Shown here: one piece after another, positions 60,769 to 64,000 of the stretch
How positions within the stretch are numbered: the first letter of the stretch is position 1
Layout: each line of letters starts with the position of its first letter
NCBI GenBank assembly: GCA_963699755.1
Contig: CAVOVB010000001.1
Location: 320,001-384,000 of the forward strand
DNA length: 64,000 nucleotides
Reading direction: 5' to 3'
From: an uncultured delta proteobacterium
GTDB lineage: Bacteria > Myxococcota_A > Polyangia > Polyangiales > Houyiibacteriaceae
The notes under the pieces: generated by a model
Told to the model about the DNA's origin: nothing
The model's input: the letters and a program-made list of their open reading frames with translations, nothing else
Database searches by the model: none
Made by a program: the position numbers and the translations under genes

Positions 60769-61503
60769 TCAACGCCCACGCCTTGCCGCTGCGACGCGCT
60801 TGGCGCCAAGCACCACCGCGTCCTTGAGATCCAAAGGTAGCGCCCTGCGAATGTTTTTCAGCGTGTCGGCGCGCAGGCGCCGCTTGGACAGCGCGTGGGC
60901 CTCCGAGTCGAGCGCCAAGAGCGCCGCAGCTTTCTCGTGTGCTTTCTCGAGTAGTTGATCCGCGCCTACTAGGTCGTCGACAAAACCAGCTTGCAGTGCC
61001 TGCTCGGGAGAGAACTCTTCGGACAAGGTCACGGCACGCTCACGCGCTGCAGGGTTCAGGCGCAATCGAAGCACCTCGCAGGCAACGCGCGGCATTGGAA
61101 GGCCAATCGCCACTTCGTTGGCAACGTAGGTGTACGGACCGGGAACGCCAAAGCGGTAGTCGCCCGACAACAACATGAACACGCCCATCGCGTACGCGTG
61201 ACCAGGTGATGCGATGACCACGGGCGTTGGAAACGACAAGAGGCGCGCGGTGAGCGCGTAACCTGCGCGCAACATCTTGACCGCCTGCACGCCGCCGGAC
61301 TTCATCACCTTGAGGTCGAACCCCGCCGAAAATACCCCTTCGCGCCCGGTGATCACCAGGGCTGCGCGCTCCTGCTCCGCGCGCTCGAGCGCCGCGTAGA
61401 TCTCGTCGAACATTGCCGGTGAGAGCGCGTTGCGTTTTCCGTCGTCCATCGTGAGCGTCGCGACCGAGTCATCGATGTCGAGTGTTGCCAATGAGCTTTT
61501 CAT
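60769..61503 (-). CDS. Enoyl-CoA hydratase/isomerase family protein
   Basis: DDGKRNALS, FSAGFDL, GHAYAMG, NEVAIG. Confidence 0.9.
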   Translation of the reverse strand: MKSSLATLDIDDSVATLTMDDGKRNALSPAMFDEIYAALERAEQERAALVITGREGVFSAGFDLKVMKSGGVQAVKMLRAGYALTARLLSFPTPVVIASPGHAYAMGVFMLLSGDYRFGVPGPYTYVANEVAIGLPMPRVACEVLRLRLNPAARERAVTLSEEFSPEQALQAGFVDDLVGADQLLEKAHEKAAALLALDSEAHALSKRRLRADTLKNIRRALPLDLKDAVVLGAKRVAAARRGR

Positions 61504-61674
61504 GCGTTGACAGATAGCACTTGGCCGAGGGCCGCCAATTCGACGGCCGTACCGGCGCCCAAGGGGCGGCGCCGCGTGTTCACTTCTTTCTCGGGCACAC
61601 CCCTCAGGGAGTGTGTCACCGGTGGTGAGCTCGAAGAGCGTCGTCGACCACGGAGCGACTTCGGCCCGGCCGAG

Positions 61675-62048
61675 CTAGACAGCCGTGGCGACATGGAGTT
61701 GGACGACATCACCACGACGAATCACGCGGGTTTGAACGACGCTTGCGGTCCAGCCGCCATGGCCGAGCATGGCTGCAAAGCCGCCGCGGCCCAAGGTGTC
61801 TTCCATGCGGGCGCACGGGTCACAGCGGCCCGTCAGCAGGAGCCGGGTATCGCCGATTTCCGAATCTGCGCCTCGGGCGAGCTCGAGATTGAATCGACGG
61901 ACAGCCAAGCTTCTTTGCGTTTGTTCAATCGCCGATGATCGGCGTCTGGGCCGAGATCCCAGGCTTCCGCCTCCACGGTGGGCGCGAGATGCCGGGGCCG
62001 CACTTCGATGATCTCCACGTGCCCACGCTGCTTGCCGGCTTCGATCAC
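61675..62048 (-). pseudogene. MOSC-domain protein, frameshifted/deleted
   Basis: N-terminal part (62048-61915; ATGA overlap with the LysR stop) is in one frame and CDPCARMEDTLGRGGFAAMLGHGG...IRRGD is in another. Confidence 0.7.
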
Positions 62049-62923
62049 CGGATTGGATGAATCACTTCCCTGACGAGCAGGTTTGGAAAGCGCCGACTTT
62101 GTGTGATCGCGTAGAAGCTTTCCGTAATCTCAGGGATTCGGCACCGCTCGACGAGTATCCCGTCGCGAAGCTCATCGTGCACCACGACCGGTGGCACGAG
62201 CGCGAGGCAATCGCTGTCTCGGGCGAAGAGCCGGAGCATGGCCATGTCGTCGACCTCGGCGACGATCGTCGGTCGAATTCCCGCGAGCTCCAATAGCCGA
62301 TCGAACGCCACACGTACGTCGCTTTCGAGGCTCGGCACCAGGATCGGCATCGTTGCCAGGTCTTGTGGAAAGCGAAGCTTGGGCTGGTTCGGAGCGGGTG
62401 GACCGACGATGCTCACGGGTTGCGCTTGAAGCAAATGGCTATGCCAAGAGGATTTGGCGTCGCTTGCGACGGGTTGGTTGGACAGCACCAAGTCGATGGC
62501 GTGAGCCTCGAGCTGCGACAGGAGCTCTCGCATCGTGCCCGAGCGCACGACCAGCTCGACGTCGCCTCGATCGAGGAGCGGACGAAGTAGCGCGATCTGG
62601 AAGTTCCTCGACAACGTCGTGATGGCGCCGACACGCAGCGCCTTTCGCTCCGTTCCCGGCCTCTGCTGGAGGGTGCTCACCAACTCCTCGCCCGCGCGAA
62701 ACACCGTGTCCGCGTAGTCGAGGGCAATGCGTCCAGCCTCGGTCAGCTTGAGACCCCGCCCTTCACGCTCGAAGAGCGCGTGGCCGAGTTGGTCCTCGAG
62801 CTTCTTGACCTGAGTCGAGAGCGCGGACTGCGAGACATTGAAGCGCTCGGCCGCCTGCGTGAGCTTTCCCTCGTGAGCGACACCCCAGAAGTATCGGAGA
62901 TGGTGGTAGTTGAGCTGCGTCAT
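62045..62923 (-). CDS. LysR-family regulator (NhaR-like)
   Basis: LNYHHLRYFWGVAHEG.LT.AA...NVSQSALS.Q, LFER.GR.L.LTEAG, EVDDMAMLRL. Confidence 0.93.
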   Translation of the reverse strand: MTQLNYHHLRYFWGVAHEGKLTQAAERFNVSQSALSTQVKKLEDQLGHALFEREGRGLKLTEAGRIALDYADTVFRAGEELVSTLQQRPGTERKALRVGAITTLSRNFQIALLRPLLDRGDVELVVRSGTMRELLSQLEAHAIDLVLSNQPVASDAKSSWHSHLLQAQPVSIVGPPAPNQPKLRFPQDLATMPILVPSLESDVRVAFDRLLELAGIRPTIVAEVDDMAMLRLFARDSDCLALVPPVVVHDELRDGILVERCRIPEITESFYAITQSRRFPNLLVREVIHPIR

Positions 62924-62930
62924 GAGACTA

Positions 62931-62976
62931 TTCTAAAATAAAGAACGGTTTGTTTCAATCTTTGTATTTTACAGAA
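62931..62976. promoter_or_regulatory. Two LysR-type boxes: TTCT-N7-AGAA (62931-45) and TTGT-N7-AGAA (62962-76)
   Basis: T-N11-A dyads in the AT-rich divergent promoter between LysR and dabB. Confidence 0.6.
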
Positions 62977-63022
62977 CAAATGTCGGTCGCTAGATCCTCC
63001 CCTGTCTCTTATCGGAGGATTC

Positions 63023-64000
63023 ATGCCGACCTCAACCATCTCGATAATCACCCTTGCCCCGTTGGCCTTAGCCCTGGTCGGGGCAATCCCTTCACCCGCC
63101 GCCGACCGCCGGCCCCAGCTGATGGTGCAAATCGCGCGAGGCGCCACGGCTCTTGCCTTTGGGGCTGCCCTGATCGCGGCCACGGGCTTCTTCTTCGCCG
63201 AGACGGCGGTTTCGGCTCGGAGGCTCGTCTTCGACGTCGCAGGAGTCGGGCTCACCGTGTACTACGACGCACTCTCGGCAGTCATGTCGTTGCTCGTCTC
63301 GTTCGTCGGGATGATCGTGATCGGGTACAGCCGGAACTACCTCGCAGGGGACCAGGGGCAAGGTCGGTTCATCAGGTGGCTGTGCCTGACGCTTGCCGCG
63401 GTGTTGACGCTGATCGTCTCGGGCAATCTTCTGCAGTTCACCTTGGCCTGGGTGGCGAGTAGCCTGTGTCTGCATCAGCTCTTGATCTTCTACAGGCAGC
63501 GTCGAGCCGCTCGCCTCGCTGCACGCAAGAAGTTCGTTGCAAGCCGGCTTGGGGACCTCTGTCTGATTTCAGCGATGATCCTCGTCTACTCGCTCTTCGG
63601 GAGCCTCGATTTTGAAACGGTCTTCGAGGCGGCCGACGGGCTTCGGAGCTCGGCTTCGCTTCCCGTTTCGGTGCATGTGCTTGCCATGTTCCTCGTCATC
63701 GGTGCGATGCTCAAGTCGGCGCAATTTCCGTTTCACGGATGGCTGACCGAGGTCATGGAGACACCCACCCCGGTTTCCGCGCTTCTCCATGCGGGAATCA
63801 TCAACGCGGGCGGCTTTCTCATTCTACGGCTGAGCGACGTGATTTCACTTTCGGTGCCCGCCCTCGAGATGCTCGCGGTGGTTGGCGGATTCACGGCGCT
63901 CTTCGGCTCAGTCGTGATGCTGACGCAGACGAGCATCAAGGTTTCGCTCGCCTGGTCCACGATCGCACAGATGGGCTTCATGATGTTGCAATGCGGTCTG
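63023..64000 (+). CDS. dabB: DabB-like (NuoL/ND5-type) membrane subunit of the DAB inorganic carbon transporter; truncated by the window end
   Basis: Manual translation from ATG 63023 (GGAGG SD): YSRNYLAGD, SLCLHQLLIFY, AARKKFVASRLGD, KSAQFPFHGWLTEVMETPTPVSALLHAGIINAGG, STIAQMGFMMLQCGL. Confidence 0.85.
   Translation, partial: MPTSTISIITLAPLALALVGAIPSPAADRRPQLMVQIARGATALAFGAALIAATGFFFAETAVSARRLVFDVAGVGLTVYYDALSAVMSLLVSFVGMIVIGYSRNYLAGDQGQGRFIRWLCLTLAAVLTLIVSGNLLQFTLAWVASSLCLHQLLIFYRQRRAARLAARKKFVASRLGDLCLISAMILVYSLFGSLDFETVFEAADGLRSSASLPVSVHVLAMFLVIGAMLKSAQFPFHGWLTEVMETPTPVSALLHAGIINAGGFLILRLSDVISLSVPALEMLAVVGGFTALFGSVVMLTQTSIKVSLAWSTIAQMGFMMLQCGL

Noticed and set aside
61500..61715. 71-aa ORF overlapping the crotonase start
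   Set aside because: Low-complexity sequence with no motif, and it overlaps the MOSC remnant; cannot be supported as a gene
63023..64000. NuoL of complex I or MrpA
   Set aside because: It is the first gene after a divergent LysR, with no nuoA-K upstream, and the LHQLL.FY, AARKKF and EVMETPTPVSALLHAG motifs fit DabB better
1..64000. Prophage, IS, integron or anti-phage defence system
   Set aside because: No integrase, transposase, phage structural or recognisable defence genes were seen

Overview
High-GC bacterial chromosomal window, most consistent with a Myxococcota-type genome (inferred from Gly-rich lipoproteins, a TonB-C/TonB-dependent receptor fusion and AgmX-like C-terminal domains). 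It holds about 55 genes, and I saw no rRNA, tRNA, CRISPR array or transposase. Recognisable modules, left to right: purE-purK-icd divergent from a small wHTH regulator; a His-rich RAPP-ending uORF upstream of a TonB-dependent receptor; a Ca-type P-type ATPase with an HMA2-like N-terminus, translationally coupled to a strongly altered MetK paralogue and convergent with two ferrosome-accessory-like genes; an orphan single-module NRPS; ion transporters (CPA antiporters, MgtE, a broken cation-chloride cotransporter); a lyase-like lipoprotein plus GH88/105 pair; Irr/Fur-ahpC-dps with a clear operator; a cytochrome c/copper monooxygenase-like lipoprotein; a BVMO/esterase pair; psrABC-yeeE-yeeE-rhodanese; and LysR divergent from dabB. 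About ten genes look internally deleted or frameshifted. The best candidate for an undescribed system is the P-type ATPase / pseudo-MetK / Fez-like cluster at 10.7-15.8 kb, followed by the His-rich RAPP leader at 9.0-9.5 kb. All family assignments come from motif recognition by eye; no searches were run.
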